Positions 46,877-59,860 of a DNA stretch of 64,000 nt are shown here, piece after piece. This DNA is from Pseudovirgaria hyperparasitica (taxonomy: Eukaryota). Numbering within the stretch: position 1 is the first letter of the stretch; each line of letters opens with the position of its first letter. Under the pieces are notes generated by a model. It was not told where the DNA came from. It worked only from the letters and a program-made list of their open reading frames with translations, and searched no databases. Location: assembly GCA_010093815.1 (NCBI GenBank), contig ML996566.1, one strand, 5' to 3'. A program made the translations under genes and the position numbers.

Positions 46877-47369
46877 ACGAGTCGTGAGTCCTCAGTCTGT
46901 GTGCGCGCCCCCTTCTCTCTCTCCGGATCCCTTTGCCCCTGCGCACACAACAGCCAGACTCAACGGACCACCAGAAGGCACTGACAAAAATCCCACAAAA
47001 GGACCATCATCATCTCAAGCACGACATCTCGATCACAGAGATACAGACTGGGCTTCAATCACGAGTAAGTCGCACTGGCACGTCCCCCGCCCACACGAGT
47101 ACGAGGGGTGAAGGAGGACCCTTACTTCCCCTGAACCTTCTTTCTCCTGAACCCAAATCCAAACCGAATCAAGTCAAAATCAAACAATCACAAGCACTCA
47201 CGCTGACCATGAGTCAACCCTACTGAAAAGTGGGCGACACATATGCCAACGATGTTACTCCCGAACAGCTCAGTAGAGCATATGCGGCTGTCCGGCACAC
47301 GCTGCGGCCTGGACTGCTGGGTCGGTCGTGGGCTACTGGGTGTTTCCCGCCTGATACGCGCGAAGGTTG

Positions 47370-48200
47370 AGGGAGGGAGGGAGAGAGGATGTATGTGAGT
47401 GAGTGAGTGAGTAAGTGATTGGGATGTTCGCAGTGTAGTGTACGATTTGGTCGTGGTTTTGTACAACTAGGGGAGAGAGAGGGAGATGGGGATAGAGGGA
47501 TAGAGAGAGAAAAGGACTAGGTGGACGGATGGAGGTGAGTTCTGACCTGATCTGACTTGACTCTCCCTTGACTGACTGAGAGACAGAAGCAAAGAAAGCG
47601 ATTCATGCCGCGCGCTGGGAAGACAGCGCGTACCCCAAACACGTATGCATACATACACATACAGACACACATACATACCCCTGCAGCTCAAACGCACGTA
47701 CGTACGTGCATATAAAATAGAAGACAAGACATACGTTTCAAAAAAAACCCCACCCCAAAGAAAAGGTTATACACAATTCACGAATATAGAAAAGAAAAAT
47801 GTTCACTTTCTCGCGCATTGATCGCTATGCTATGACTCGACTGGTGTCTTTCTTTCTTTCTCTCTTTCTTTCTGTCTCCATATATCTACGTTTTCCCTCC
47901 CCCTCTTCCCTACCATTCCCTGCCAATCCATTCCAATTCCATTCCAAGAGATTCCCCATGTAAATGCTACATATATACAGTCCTTCCTTTCTTCCATCCA
48001 TCCATCCATCCATCCCTTCTCGACAAGGAATTGTGTGTTAGGGATAAGTATCACGCCTGTTGATATCCTTTTCCCCCCGCTCTCCCTGCGGGTTGTATGT
48101 GGAGTTATGGTATGTGTTTGTTTGTGTGTGTGTGTGTGCGCGTATGTGCCCAGACGCTCCCAGACGAGAGTCCTAGAAACGAATGGTGGTGGTGGTGGAG
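47370..48200. repeat. Low-complexity/microsatellite-rich intergenic tract ((GTGA)n, (GA)n, (TCCA)n, (TG)n, (GGT)n)
   Basis: Read directly between the convergent PEX20 and Zn2Cys6 genes. Confidence 0.8.
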
Positions 48201-48477
48201 GATATACAAAAAAGGCTCCCACTTGCGTGAAATACATAGAACGCCCTCCGTCTCTGTTGGATTCCAGCGCAAAACGTCGTCGCCAAGGTGGCAAATATTC
48301 GTCCCCAAGGTGAAGATGGAAATGCAGATTATGTTGTAAGGGCCAGTGTACTACTGATCAAAGTGCGTTGCCAAAAAAATGTGGTGTCTTTCAATGCGTT
48401 GCTCTCTCTCTCTGTCTCCCATTTTTTCATGTTATTCCTCGTCTCGCCTCCCTCCTTCGTGTAAGGGGAATAATTCA

Positions 48478-50657
48478 TCACCGCCCAACGTGCCAGCTCC
48501 GCACCGCCATACCAGCCACACGTGCAATGACTTGCGTCATACCATTCTGAGCTTCTTCTTCCAAGAACCTCTTTGCGATGTAGAGTTTATTGTTCTCATC
48601 CTCTTCCGTGTTGTTGTACGTTTGTTGCACGGGTGCATTGGCCAGCCGTGTACCGACGTGCCTTACGATCGCAATCGAGTATATCACGTCCCGGTTTTCT
48701 TGCATAAGCAGGAATGTTCGCATGTCAATTAGCACACTCTCGATTTCCTTTGTCGAAGACGAGTCGTCGTCTCGCAATGTGATGAATGTGCCGAGGTGTT
48801 TCCAGAAATTCGTCTCGCTGTACTTGTCCGAACTTGGCTCGATGTTGGGATATGCAAGGTTCAGCAATGGATTGACGTCCTTGGTGTGGCCGGTAATAAG
48901 GTGCTCGAGGATGTCGAGTCGACTCTTGGCTTCTTGCAGCGGAACGTCTTCCGTTGTCGACGTGCTGGTGCCATTTGTGCTTGCAGGCTGTGCTTTTCGA
49001 CACAGTGAAAGCAGTTGCCAGATTGTCTGGGCTTCGAAACTGGGAATCTGACGGCTGGTGCTGTAGTCAGTCTGCGACGTCCGGAACAGGACGATGAGGT
49101 ATGAGAAAGCGGCAAGAGCCTCGGAGTCGCCTAGCAGCGCATCGAGGCCTTTGTGCGTGAACCATATCGTATCTAGCATGCGATCAAGACCGGTGGCGTA
49201 GTCGTTGGTGAAGACCTGTTTGACCTCTGACAGGTCTGCCGGTATCGTGTGACTGGGAGGTATCGTGGGTGGAGGGATGTTGCTAATGACAAACAAGTCT
49301 TTGATGTCGTTTTTCTTGACTATGCGAGAAGGTCAGCTTACTATCCTCATACGTTCTCAACAGTCGGAATGATACTATAGAAATCCTCACTACCTTGAAA
49401 GCCCCGGTCTGCACCTGGGTACATGCCATTGTTGCTGAAGGGCCCTTTGGGATCTGGCCGTGATCCTTGACCGTCGTGTGGCATTGCTGCGTGTTCTGGA
49501 CCACCGAGTGCTGGGTCTATAGGCGCGCTGAAGTCGTATGGCTCGTGAGTAGAGGGTTGTGGTGGCGGTGGTGGTGGTGGATGCGCGGTCGAGCTGATGG
49601 GAGGCGGGTACGATGAGTTGGACGCAGGCGCGTACCCTTGCGGTATATGTGAATATGGCGCAGGTACAGGCGCAGGCGGCACTGGAGCAGGTGCGCTTGC
49701 AGTAGGAGCAGACGTTGGCGCTGGTTGAATTTGCGCAGGACTAGGCTGTTGCTTGAAGATGGGATCGTATCTGCAATACCTTGATGAGCAAATAGGCCGA
49801 GAGAGAGTGTGGTGTTGTCGCAAAGCTTACCCAGCACAGTCGCGTTTGCTTTTGCGGCAGTTGTTGCAGATAGGATGGGCTTCGTCACACTACGAAAGAT
49901 TGGGTCAGTAAACGAAAATGAAGGTAGAAGATATTTTTAAACGAGACACGACAACACTGTGACGGAAATTCGAAGGTTCGCGTCTCGCTTCTGTCGCTCT
50001 TCGCTTCCAGAAAGCTTAAGCATTAAGCGACCGCTCCCCACCTTTGACCTCTTCACATCTTCCCATTGTTGACTTCTGGACTGTTCTTGATTACCAAATG
50101 AATTGGTGGCTCACCTTTATTCTTCTCTTGCGACAAGTCAGACATCCCGTCTTTGTGCGACGCTTGATCTCCTTCTTATGCCTTCCACCCGACATCATTC
50201 GTTGATCACCTTGCTGCGGCGGCAGCTGGTATCGCACGCCTGCAGAGTATAGATGAGCATTATGGGGAGAAGAAGCAGACATATGCGCAGATGGTGGTGG
50301 CAGTGAGGGACTGTGTTGATGCTGGGTGTAGTACGCACCGCCCATGTGCACATTGGGAGGAGGAAGTTGGGCGCCCGTATGCGGTGGACCAGCTTGCTGC
50401 GGAGGGGGCTGGGGAAGGTTCTGTCCATCAATTGTATGTATTGGAGGGAGGTTCAGAGGCCCTATCTGTCCACCCGGCGCATTCGGCGAGGCGCGATACT
50501 GCTCATTGTTCGATTGGCTCTGCGACGGTGCTTGGTATGCGTATGATGGAGGCATCGATGGCGACGGGTAGGAGTGCGGCGATGGATAGGACGTCGTCGT
50601 CGTCGTCGTCGTTTGAGACTGCGAAGGACGCGCGTGCGCACCATTCGAATCCGCCAT
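48478..50657 (-). CDS. Zn(II)2Cys6 transcription factor (Moc3/Wor2-like subgroup)
   Basis: RRTKTGCLTCRKRRIK/CDEAHPICNNCRKSKRDCAG/YDPIFK. Introns 50114-49890, 49830-49771 and 49393-49320. Confidence 0.88.
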
Positions 50658-53600
50658 CTCGGGTGCAGAGGAGGGTGTGGAGTCTGGATGGGACAAGTTT
50701 TCAGGTAGGATATAGACCTTGAAAGGCGGAGGCCCCGTGCGGGAAGGCGCGCTCGAGGCCAGGGCGCAGACAGGATCGTGGACTGGAGATGGAGAAGAGG
50801 ATTGATAGAAGCAGTGATGGACACACAACAGATGACGGGGGTTATGGATATGTGGTCGATTGTGCCAGCCGACGGGCGTGGAGGGATGCGCGACGGGGTT
50901 GCAAAGGTTCGAACAGGAACCAGGACGACGATGTAGAGGATTGGTAGAAGGGCGGAAGGGTCCACGTCTGCCGGCGTCTGGCTTTAGCTTTTTGGCTGCG
51001 GCTCGGCGCCCCGGACTCGACGCGAATGATGCAGTCGGCTATCTTGATTCTCCGTACGCTGCAGTGCAGATAGTATCCGTGATGTAATTCTGCAAGATAT
51101 CCTGGCGCAACTAGAGAAGAAAAAAAGAACAACGCCCCCCCCAAAAGTGAGATGTGAAGGCGTCCGAGGAGGTGTCGCCGCCGTGGCCAGCGATCAGCAC
51201 CTCGTCGATCTTTGAACAACTGCTAATTAGTTTGCGTGAGTCCGAGGCACGATCGCAAAGGTCGGACAAGAGTTTGGCGAGGGAGTGCTTGAGAGATAAT
51301 GAGAAAGTGAATGGACAGTAGCTGTGAAGAGTATCCAGGGGGTTCAACCCATTCCAGGCTGTTTTCCTTGGACTGCTTGCTCTTGTCGTCAGCCAGCCGC
51401 GGGCCACGCCCGTTGATGCCGAGATGATGTGGGAGTGTCTGTCCGTTCACTGGTCGCTGGTATCTTATTGAGCAGCTCTCAGAGGCCTTGCACAATGCTA
51501 GACAAGCGGATTGCTTGCAAGACACGAAGATGACATACAGACAAGAGGTGGGACAAGAGTTCGCATTCGGACGCTGTCTTGGAGTAGGATTCGACCATTT
51601 ACGGGATGATGGCACGATCTTTAAAGCTGTTATTGCACTCTCTCCATAGGTACTGCTATATTACTACAAGAAAATGCATTGATGTACCTAACTATCATGG
51701 TAGCTATTTACTTTGTATGCCCGCTCGCCAGCACGTCCCTGAGCACCATCCATTTTCGCGATTTTGATGGCACACACCTCAATTGCTAATTATGCATCTT
51801 TTATTGCTCAATTGTACAGTAGTAGACATGTCAGCGCGCGACGGGATCTGGGTCTCGGCACAGCAGCACACTCAAATCTCACGGCTCTCACCCACCAAAC
51901 GGCCCAAAAAAACATCATGATTTCCAAGCCGCGACCAAGCAGCTCTGCTGAGAATGGTTGCAAATCAGCGCCTCCGAACTCTCACCTGCCCAACTCGTCC
52001 ATAGTCACTCAGTCGTCCTGCCAGGGCTTGGTCTGGTAATTGTCACGTCGAGCGAGATGTGCATCGCATCCTCGTCCTCCGCCACCCCGGCCCACGGTCC
52101 GTTCACGGTTCTTCGATCAACAAGTCATCCGACATCCCTTTCTTTCAGCTTCTTCGGCCATCTGACTTCTGACAATAATCACTCTCTTGAGCCCTCCCCA
52201 ACAACGACTACAACTCAGCCAGCACCTGGACACTCCTGACGCCGAAAACAACAGAGTCTCAAGTCCCGTTAACCAATTAACCCTCAGCGGGACGGCGGTG
52301 CACCTCGGCCGAGTCGATCAAGCAAGGCGACCGTGCCCCCCTTCTCTCAGCGTCGTTGGTTGCAGCAAGCCAAAACCAGAAAACCAGAAAACCAGAAATC
52401 CAGAAATGTTCTGTTCGCCTTCTCCCGCTCCACGCGAGACACACTAAAGCGCGGGACGAGCGTGGGAAGGAGCCTTGGAGCTGAAAGGAAGGTAGCGAGC
52501 CTTCTTAGCCTGTCCTTGCCCCGTGCGTGCAAGCCTGCCCCGTGCCTGCCCTGCTTTTCCCGCCCTGCTTTTCCCGCCCGCACATGCCCTTCCCTCAATC
52601 CCTCGCCTTTGCCTGGAGGAGGATGTTGTTAATTACATAATTAACCTACTGCTTCGATGGATGTATTTGGTGGGTATGTGTATTAAGCCTGTTAGCCCCA
52701 AGTTAATAGAAGAATAACTAATTGTTGTTTGGCCATATACATATCCCCGGCCCAGCCAGATATACCCATCTATCAACCCTGTCCCTGCATTCAATGCCAT
52801 ACACACATACACACATACACACACGCACACACTCGCTTTGTCGTTCTTCATGCTGACGTCGACGACAGATATCATTGGTGCATCTCACCCCTCTCGCTTA
52901 AAGCAGCAGCTAACCGTTTTCATCTCACACAAGAGGCTTTCATAGCTGAGTTGGCAAACTCCTCTATCGCTTGCTATGTCTCAACTTAGGACTGACTTTC
53001 CAGGCAACATCTGGGATTGGGTTGGGAAGGGGGTAGATGGAATAGGCGTGGGGTGTGCGTGCTGCAGCCCTGGTGAAGGAGACAGACTAAGGCTCGCGCT
53101 GTTTGGAAGCGAGACTGCTTCGCTTCCGCTGGCTCGGGTTTGGCCTGTTGGAAGGATGATGGGTATATATATACATACTATATGATGCGTTGCGAGTCGA
53201 CGTGGTTTGCAATCATTTTTGGTGGGTGTGGTTTCATAGACGGGGGGTTTTTGCGGCTAGGATTGACTGTGTGCGTGGTTTGGATAGTGAGGTGTGTGAT
53301 GCTCAGCTGTGAGGTCTGTCCAGCATGGTGCCTTGTGTCTTATAGATCGTGCTATGAAGTATTACTGGTTGTCTTTTGCAACTCACTCTCCTGGACGATG
53401 CCGTGTGGGTAGCATGCCAGACGCGCGAATACGTATGCCATCCATTTCGAATTCAGCACGCAGGGACTGTAATATCGTCGTCAAATTCTACTTGCATGCT
53501 CCACACGAAGTAAAAGGGTATTGTGTGTTTGGCTACAATTCGCTCAACAACTTTTCCTGTTTGTCCATTTTCGAGACCACTTGAATGCTGGCCGTTGAAG

Positions 53601-53727
53601 ATCCATACCCATCCTCTAAATTCGATAATAAGACCACTCGTCGGCGATCCTGAGACGTGACCGGTAGTCTCAAGTGCCCAATAATGCCATGTCAGGGTCT
53701 CGATGGACTTTTCGTCGTCTCGATTCT

Positions 53728-55049
53728 TTACATATCTGCTTGCTCTGGCACGATGTTGTTGAGCTTGCCCTTCTCGAGCACAGCTCGCACGTTGCCAATG
53801 TTCCATTCCTCCATAGCAGTCTGAGTCTGCGCAGGGTAGGGTTAGGTCAAGAGCACACGGAGACAGAGATTCAGAACCTACCTCGACGGTATACGTCCCC
53901 ATGTGCGGCACAAGCATGACGTGAGGGTTCGCTACAAGTCCAGGATGGATCTCAGGCTCGTTCTCGTACACGTCCAATCCGCAAGACCACACATGTCCAG
54001 AGTCTAGAGCCTCGACAAGCGCTCCTTCGTCAATAACAGCACCACGCGCAGTGTTGACAATCACGACGCCTTTCTTCATCTTCTTAAACTCAGGGGTCGA
54101 GATGATGTGACGGGTATTTTTCTGCAGCCTCTAAGCACGGTGCCATCTCTCTCACAAAAGGGGGGCGCATTCACTCACGTTCAACGGGAGATTCAGACTC
54201 AGCACATCGCTGGTGCCGAGCAGCTCGTCGAAGCTCACATATTCCGCACCGCCAGAGAGCTCCTCGCTGAGCCTGGACCGGTTGTGATAGATGACCTTCA
54301 TCCCAAACGCCTCCGCCTTCCTCTTCAAGTTTCTGCCGATTCCGCCCATGCCTAGGATCCCAAGCGTCTTGCCCTCTGGATCGTGGCCCAGAGGCGGCAG
54401 TGGCTGGCCGCGCCACTTGCCCTCTCTCAGCGCAATCATGGACACATTGAAGCCGCGCAAAGCCCCCAGAATCAGGAACATGTTGACGTCTGCAGTGGCG
54501 TCGTCTACGGCTGTTGGGACATTCGACACGCGGATGCCTCGCGCAGTGCAAGCATCGACTTTGACCTGATCGTATCCGGCGCCTGCACCGCGAGGTCAGC
54601 CTGCCGGTATCATACCATACCATACCATACATTTGATGTGCTGTGATATTGCATGACCATACCGTTGTGACAGATGAATTTGAGGCTGGACGGCAGGGCA
54701 TCTACAAGCTCTTGATCGAATAGGCCAGTAGTAGCGAAGCTGTCAAACGTGCGGTACGCGACAATGACGCCGTCAAGCCTGCCTTCCTTGCATTCTTTTA
54801 TGAATTCCTCTCGTGAGCGGGCTTTGGTCGTCACCAATTCGGCATAGTCGGCCAGAGCATTCCAGCTGTCGTGGGCGCTGGGAATTAGGTCAGACCAATG
54901 AACCGTCGTACGAAAGGGCTTCGCTTCCTCCAATGGTTGAACTGTGGCTGGACGGGCAATAGTAGCCCGTGACGAGGGGTCCTCCCAATCGTCCCATGGG
55001 AAACTTACTGTTCGATTTGCCCAAGTAGCAATGCTTTTGCTTTTGCCAT
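53728..55049 (-). CDS. D-isomer-specific 2-hydroxyacid dehydrogenase (glyoxylate reductase-like)
   Basis: ICHNGAGYD, GILGMGGIG, LNLPLN, VNTARGAVIDE, GLDVYENEP and PHMGT. Introns 55008-54878, 54662-54583, 54178-54122 and 53881-53827. Confidence 0.92.
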
Positions 55050-55703
55050 CTTGCTTGAACCGGCGTGGCGGGATATAGAGTTGGGGTCAAGTAGTGGTTT
55101 ATGAGAGGTGTGATTTTCTCCGGACCATCCACAGTTCAGGTAGACTGGTGGATTAAAGACTTTATCGCGCCAATCGATTGAGAACTGATGTCAAGAGTGA
55201 ACCCGATCTCGGAAACGGCCCGCGGCATAGTGATAGCGTCTTATCTTAGGTCCGTGTCGGGATGCAAGGGCTGTGCGTGACGAGAAATGTGCTTATTTGG
55301 AAGGAATTGTGCTACTCATTCAGAAATTTCACCGTGAGGCTATCCGGCCACGAGCTCGATGATGCATTTCCGTTTGTTGGGCACCCTTTTCGCAGAGTAC
55401 AAGCGGAGCTACACCACATGATACTATGTATGACCCCTGGAAGCGATACCGCAAGACCTTGTTTTTATGCTAATCCTCGGCGAATGACATTTCGGTGTTG
55501 CGGGCTGTTTCAGTCCTTTCCCAGCATCGGCATTTGGCATGGGGGTCATGTTCGCCCGAAGCGCGCATGAAAAGGCACTGCGCACACCACACGCGTTCCT
55601 AGATTAACCACCTACATCCCAGCATTGATGCGAGTTGCTGTTATTGATCCCATGTAACTATCCGTATTCGTACACACCGCATGGTTGTCTATGACACCCT
55701 GCA

Positions 55704-57780
55704 TTAATCACCCCCATTCTCCTGACCCCCGCTTTCCTTCCATGCGTGCGCCCTCTGCAGCAATTTGGACAGCTTCGCAGCACTCTCATCGTCGGCTGGG
55801 AATACGTAGTCCATGTATTCTTCGAACGAGTCGTCGTCCAGCTTTCTTCGCTTCTTGACTTTCCTAGGCATTTGTTTGTCAACACTCTCGATATCATCCG
55901 CTGATCCGTGGGTGGCCTCGAAAGATCTCCAAGCATTCAGGAGTGCAACACGCTACGTCAATGTCAGCATTGATATTATTCATATGGAAACGCGGATAAC
56001 ATACCTCTTCTTTGAGATCTTTCTCTTTCAAGCTCTTGTAAGCACGCTTGAAGACCGCTCTCGCCCGTGTCTTAGCCTCTTCGCTGACGGGGGCCTCCTC
56101 ATCTTCGTCTTCGTCACCCTCTGGAATGTTGATCTCAAAGTGCGCATAACTGATCCAGACCTTGACATGGTCTGTCTTCTCCAACAGCCGCTCATAAAGA
56201 TTTCTCGTCCTGTCGTACTCTCCTTCTTCCTCTTCAAAGTCGATATAAGCTTTCCATAGAAGCTCTGGCATGTCCAGTTGCTGCTGCTGTACAGCGAGCT
56301 CGAAAATCGCTCTTGTTCGATCAAGATCGTCCAGTCCGCGCTCTAGCTCCGCAAACTTGATCCATGATTGAGTGTTGGACGCATTCCACTCTATTTTCTT
56401 CTCGTAAAGCGTGCGACATCGGACGAACTCAAAGAGTTTCAGCTCCAGATCGATGTAACCCTGGAAAAGTTTATCTTTCGGACACATACCGATAGCCTGT
56501 CCAAGAGTCTTTCGCGCCACATGTAGAGCCCCCTGACGGACGTCGAAATGTGCCTTCAGGAGCCAGATCTTGGCAAAGGTGAAGTGCTTGTGTGGTATAA
56601 GCTTCAAGCATTCTTGGTAAATCTGCCGAGCCCGATCGATGTCTTCGTTGTCCATTTCCTCCCACAAGGCATAAAAGACCCATAGATATATATACCGTCT
56701 CCAATGTCTTTTCTCGTGTGTCGGTGGAACCTGGGCGATGGCACGTTCGTATACGTCGCGTACCCTATCGACATCCCCTGATGTCTCTTCGAGTCTTGCA
56801 TAGTCGAACCATGTATCATAATTTTTCGGGTTCTCCTTTACTTGTTCCTCGTACTGCACCCGTCTTTTGGATAAAATGACGTTTTCAACCCCCTCTTTAT
56901 CTCCGAACTGCTTCTCGAAAGTGGTATAAGCTTTATGTAGAGTGGCGGACCGTGACCGAGCCATGCGGTCAAGAGCATACTTGTAGATAGCTCTTGCGCG
57001 CTCATACTCCTTGAGCTTAGCTTCAAACCGGGCGTAAGCCATAAAGAGCTTCTCATCCATGAAGTCGTCCCCAAGAGTTTCGATGGCACTACCAAAAACT
57101 TCTCGTACATCTTCCACATCGCCGTTCTCTTCTTCAAATCGAGCCCATTTAATCCAGTTCTTCGGTTCCGGGTGTACAATGGTAAACCGCTCGAAGATTG
57201 TCCGCGCCCGATCCAATTCTCCATATCGCTTCTCTAATTTAATGTAGGCGCTCCATGCCGCCTCGTCCGGCTCCCAAGTCATCCACCGTTCGAAAACTTG
57301 ACGTACACCAGAGATGTTGCCCAAGGTTTCTTCCATGTACACATATTTATACCAAAGTTTGTCCACGCGAGGCAATATGGCGATGGCTCGGTCCAGAAGA
57401 TTTCGAGCATGGTTGATATTCCTCGTCTTCATCTCTGCCTCGATATACCGTATCCATAGCACTACAGATGTCGAGTCAACATCCAGTGCTCGCTCGAAGA
57501 TTGATCTGGCACGCTTATATTCTTTCTGTTCCAACTCCCATTGTGCATAGCGCATCCATTGGGTCATGTTGGTCCTACTGCGGCGAACATAGTTCTCGAA
57601 CTCCTGCCGCTTCCGACCTTGAAACTCATGGAGCTCTTCTAGATCTGCAAAGCGCTGGGTCGGCGCTTGTAGACCTGTATCTTGTCGGTCTACGGCTTCG
57701 CGAAGTAGCTGTTCTGCTGAAATCTGTATGGGCGCGGCGGCCTTGTTCTTGACCCTCGGGGGTCCGCGTGAAGTCTCCAT
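55704..57780 (-). CDS. CLF1: Crooked-neck/HAT-repeat pre-mRNA splicing factor (NTC component)
   Basis: [20 protein letters not shown] and many HAT repeats. Intron 56004-55953, then [26 protein letters not shown]. Confidence 0.96.
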
Positions 57781-58156
57781 GATGGCTTGCGTTGCAGGTA
57801 AAAGATTGTGCGGTGGATATGTATATTATTGAGCGAACCGACTAAACAGAAGAGGACCGGGGGGAGCTTTCGAGAGGATCGCGCGGCCAACACGCATTGA
57901 GAGATGAGTCGTGCTCGGATTGAAGCTCCAGGCTGCTAGGAAGTTCTTCTGCACGCGTCGCGCACGGACCACTATTGGTAACGTTTGTCGTTCATCGTTT
58001 GTCGAATCACCTTGTCGCCGCAACAAGGAAGAGAGATCATCACAATCAACACCTTTCCATACACCCCTCGTCTCGCCGATAACTTTCCTTGATTTGCAGC
58101 TTTCTGGTGCAACGTGAGTGTGACAACTTTCAAGGCTTTCAGATTAACTGTTGACG

Positions 58157-59860
58157 ATGGCATCTTTGGAGGAACAGCTCCTCAATGATTTTGGAGATGT
58201 CTCTGGCTCGGAGGATGGGGCGGAAGAAGAGCTTGGGGATGAGGAGCAAGAGCTGAGGAATGAGATGGAAGTTGAAGGGGCCGGTACAGAACGAGAGGAC
58301 ATTGCAAATGGCGATAATGGTGCAAAAGCCTCCACGACCCCAGGCTCAAAAGATCTCCGCAATGCGAACACGCTCCTGCAGACTCTGCGTCCTGTACTAG
58401 ACGAGATTGATCGATACAGGAATAAGCCTAGTGAAAACTTCATTGGCTCACTAGAAGAGAACCCCGAATTTCGCCTACTCGGTCAAGCCAATACACATTC
58501 CACCTCCATCGACAATGAACTAGTTACGGTTCACAAATACATCAGGGACCACTACTCCGTGCGATTTCCTGAGCTCGAGACACTTGTCACCAATGCTATC
58601 GACTATTGCAAAACCGTGGCGATCATTGGCAACGGACCGATGAGCGAAATCAAAGCCATTGCTGCTTCGTCAGACAACCCGGTGGGCCAGCCGTTAACCA
58701 ACGTGCTCACAGGACCGTCTCTGATGGTAGTGTCTATCGAAGCTGCGACAACACAAGGACAGGAGCTGAGCGAGAAAGAGCTGGCACAGGTGCAGAGAGC
58801 CTGTGATATTGCTCTACAACTCGAGAAAGCCAAGGTTACACTTACAGACTATGTGCAGTCTCGATTAAGCATATTTGCTCCCAATCTTACTGCGCTCGTT
58901 GGTTCCTTAACAGCGGCTCAGTTGATGAACTATGCAGGTGGTCTCATTGGGCTCGCAAAAACGCCGTCTTGCAACCTCGCACCCCTCGGATCGAAAAAGC
59001 AGAGTGGCATGGGATTGGCTACGAATGTCGGTGTCAGACACCAGGGGTTTCTATACGAGTCTCCTATCATTCGAGATATCCCTACCGATCTAAAGAAACA
59101 GGCGATGCGCATGGTCTCAGCGAAGGTTGTCCTCGCCGCTCGAATAGATCAAGTCCACAGTAGCCCGGACGGAACTAGCGGACAGGAGCTAAAAGAGGAA
59201 TGTCTCCGAAAGCTAGAAAAACTTACGGAAGCACCTGCGAATAAGGGTGTACGGGCACTGCCCGCGCCTGACGACAAGCCATCCCGGAAGCGAGGTGGCA
59301 GGAGAGCGAGAAAGGCGAAGGAGGCTACTGCGCAGACGGAGCTTGCACGAGATCGTAACAGGATGGCCTTCGGAAAGGAAGAGCAAGAAGTGGGTTACGG
59401 CACTGGAGAGGGTACAGCAGGTTTGGGCATGGTTGGACAACGGAACGATGGTCGCATTCGGGCACCACAGATTGATCAACGCACAAAAGCGAAACTGAGC
59501 AAGAAAAATGCAGGGTGGGGAGGCCCTCCTACTGGAGGAATCGCATCTTCACTTCGCACGATGGGAGCTGGAGGGCAAAATCATGGACTGCGTACCAGCG
59601 GAGTTGGAGCTTCTGGTGCAGCAACATCTGGTACTGCCTCGACGATCGCATTCACTCCTGTACAAGGTCTGGAATTGGTTGACCCTAGGATCCGCGAGGA
59701 GATGAACAAGAAGCGCAAGGCAGACGAGGACCGCTGGTTCAAGGGAGGAACTTTCTCACAGATTGGGGGTACACAGACAGGGTCGAGCACCAAGGTCGAT
59801 GCCAGTGGCTTCAAGATACCATCTCTACCGCCTCGAAAGAGACAGGACACGAAGAACTGA
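58157..59860 (+). CDS. PRP31: U4/U6.U5 tri-snRNP protein Prp31 (Nop domain)
   Basis: HKYIRDHYSVRFPELE, APNLTALVG, LAKTPSCNL, KRGGRRARKAKE, NRMAFG and SGTASTIAFTPVQGLEL. Confidence 0.95.
   Translation: MASLEEQLLNDFGDVSGSEDGAEEELGDEEQELRNEMEVEGAGTEREDIANGDNGAKASTTPGSKDLRNANTLLQTLRPVLDEIDRYRNKPSENFIGSLEENPEFRLLGQANTHSTSIDNELVTVHKYIRDHYSVRFPELETLVTNAIDYCKTVAIIGNGPMSEIKAIAASSDNPVGQPLTNVLTGPSLMVVSIEAATTQGQELSEKELAQVQRACDIALQLEKAKVTLTDYVQSRLSIFAPNLTALVGSLTAAQLMNYAGGLIGLAKTPSCNLAPLGSKKQSGMGLATNVGVRHQGFLYESPIIRDIPTDLKKQAMRMVSAKVVLAARIDQVHSSPDGTSGQELKEECLRKLEKLTEAPANKGVRALPAPDDKPSRKRGGRRARKAKEATAQTELARDRNRMAFGKEEQEVGYGTGEGTAGLGMVGQRNDGRIRAPQIDQRTKAKLSKKNAGWGGPPTGGIASSLRTMGAGGQNHGLRTSGVGASGAATSGTASTIAFTPVQGLELVDPRIREEMNKKRKADEDRWFKGGTFSQIGGTQTGSSTKVDASGFKIPSLPPRKRQDTKN

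Noticed and set aside
51575..51600. GGATTCGACC resembling a tRNA T-loop on the minus strand
   Set aside because: No cloverleaf or A-box could be built.
58114..58142. GTGAGT...CAG in the PRP31 leader as a 5'UTR intron
   Set aside because: Only 29 nt, too short compared with other introns here, and no clear branch site.
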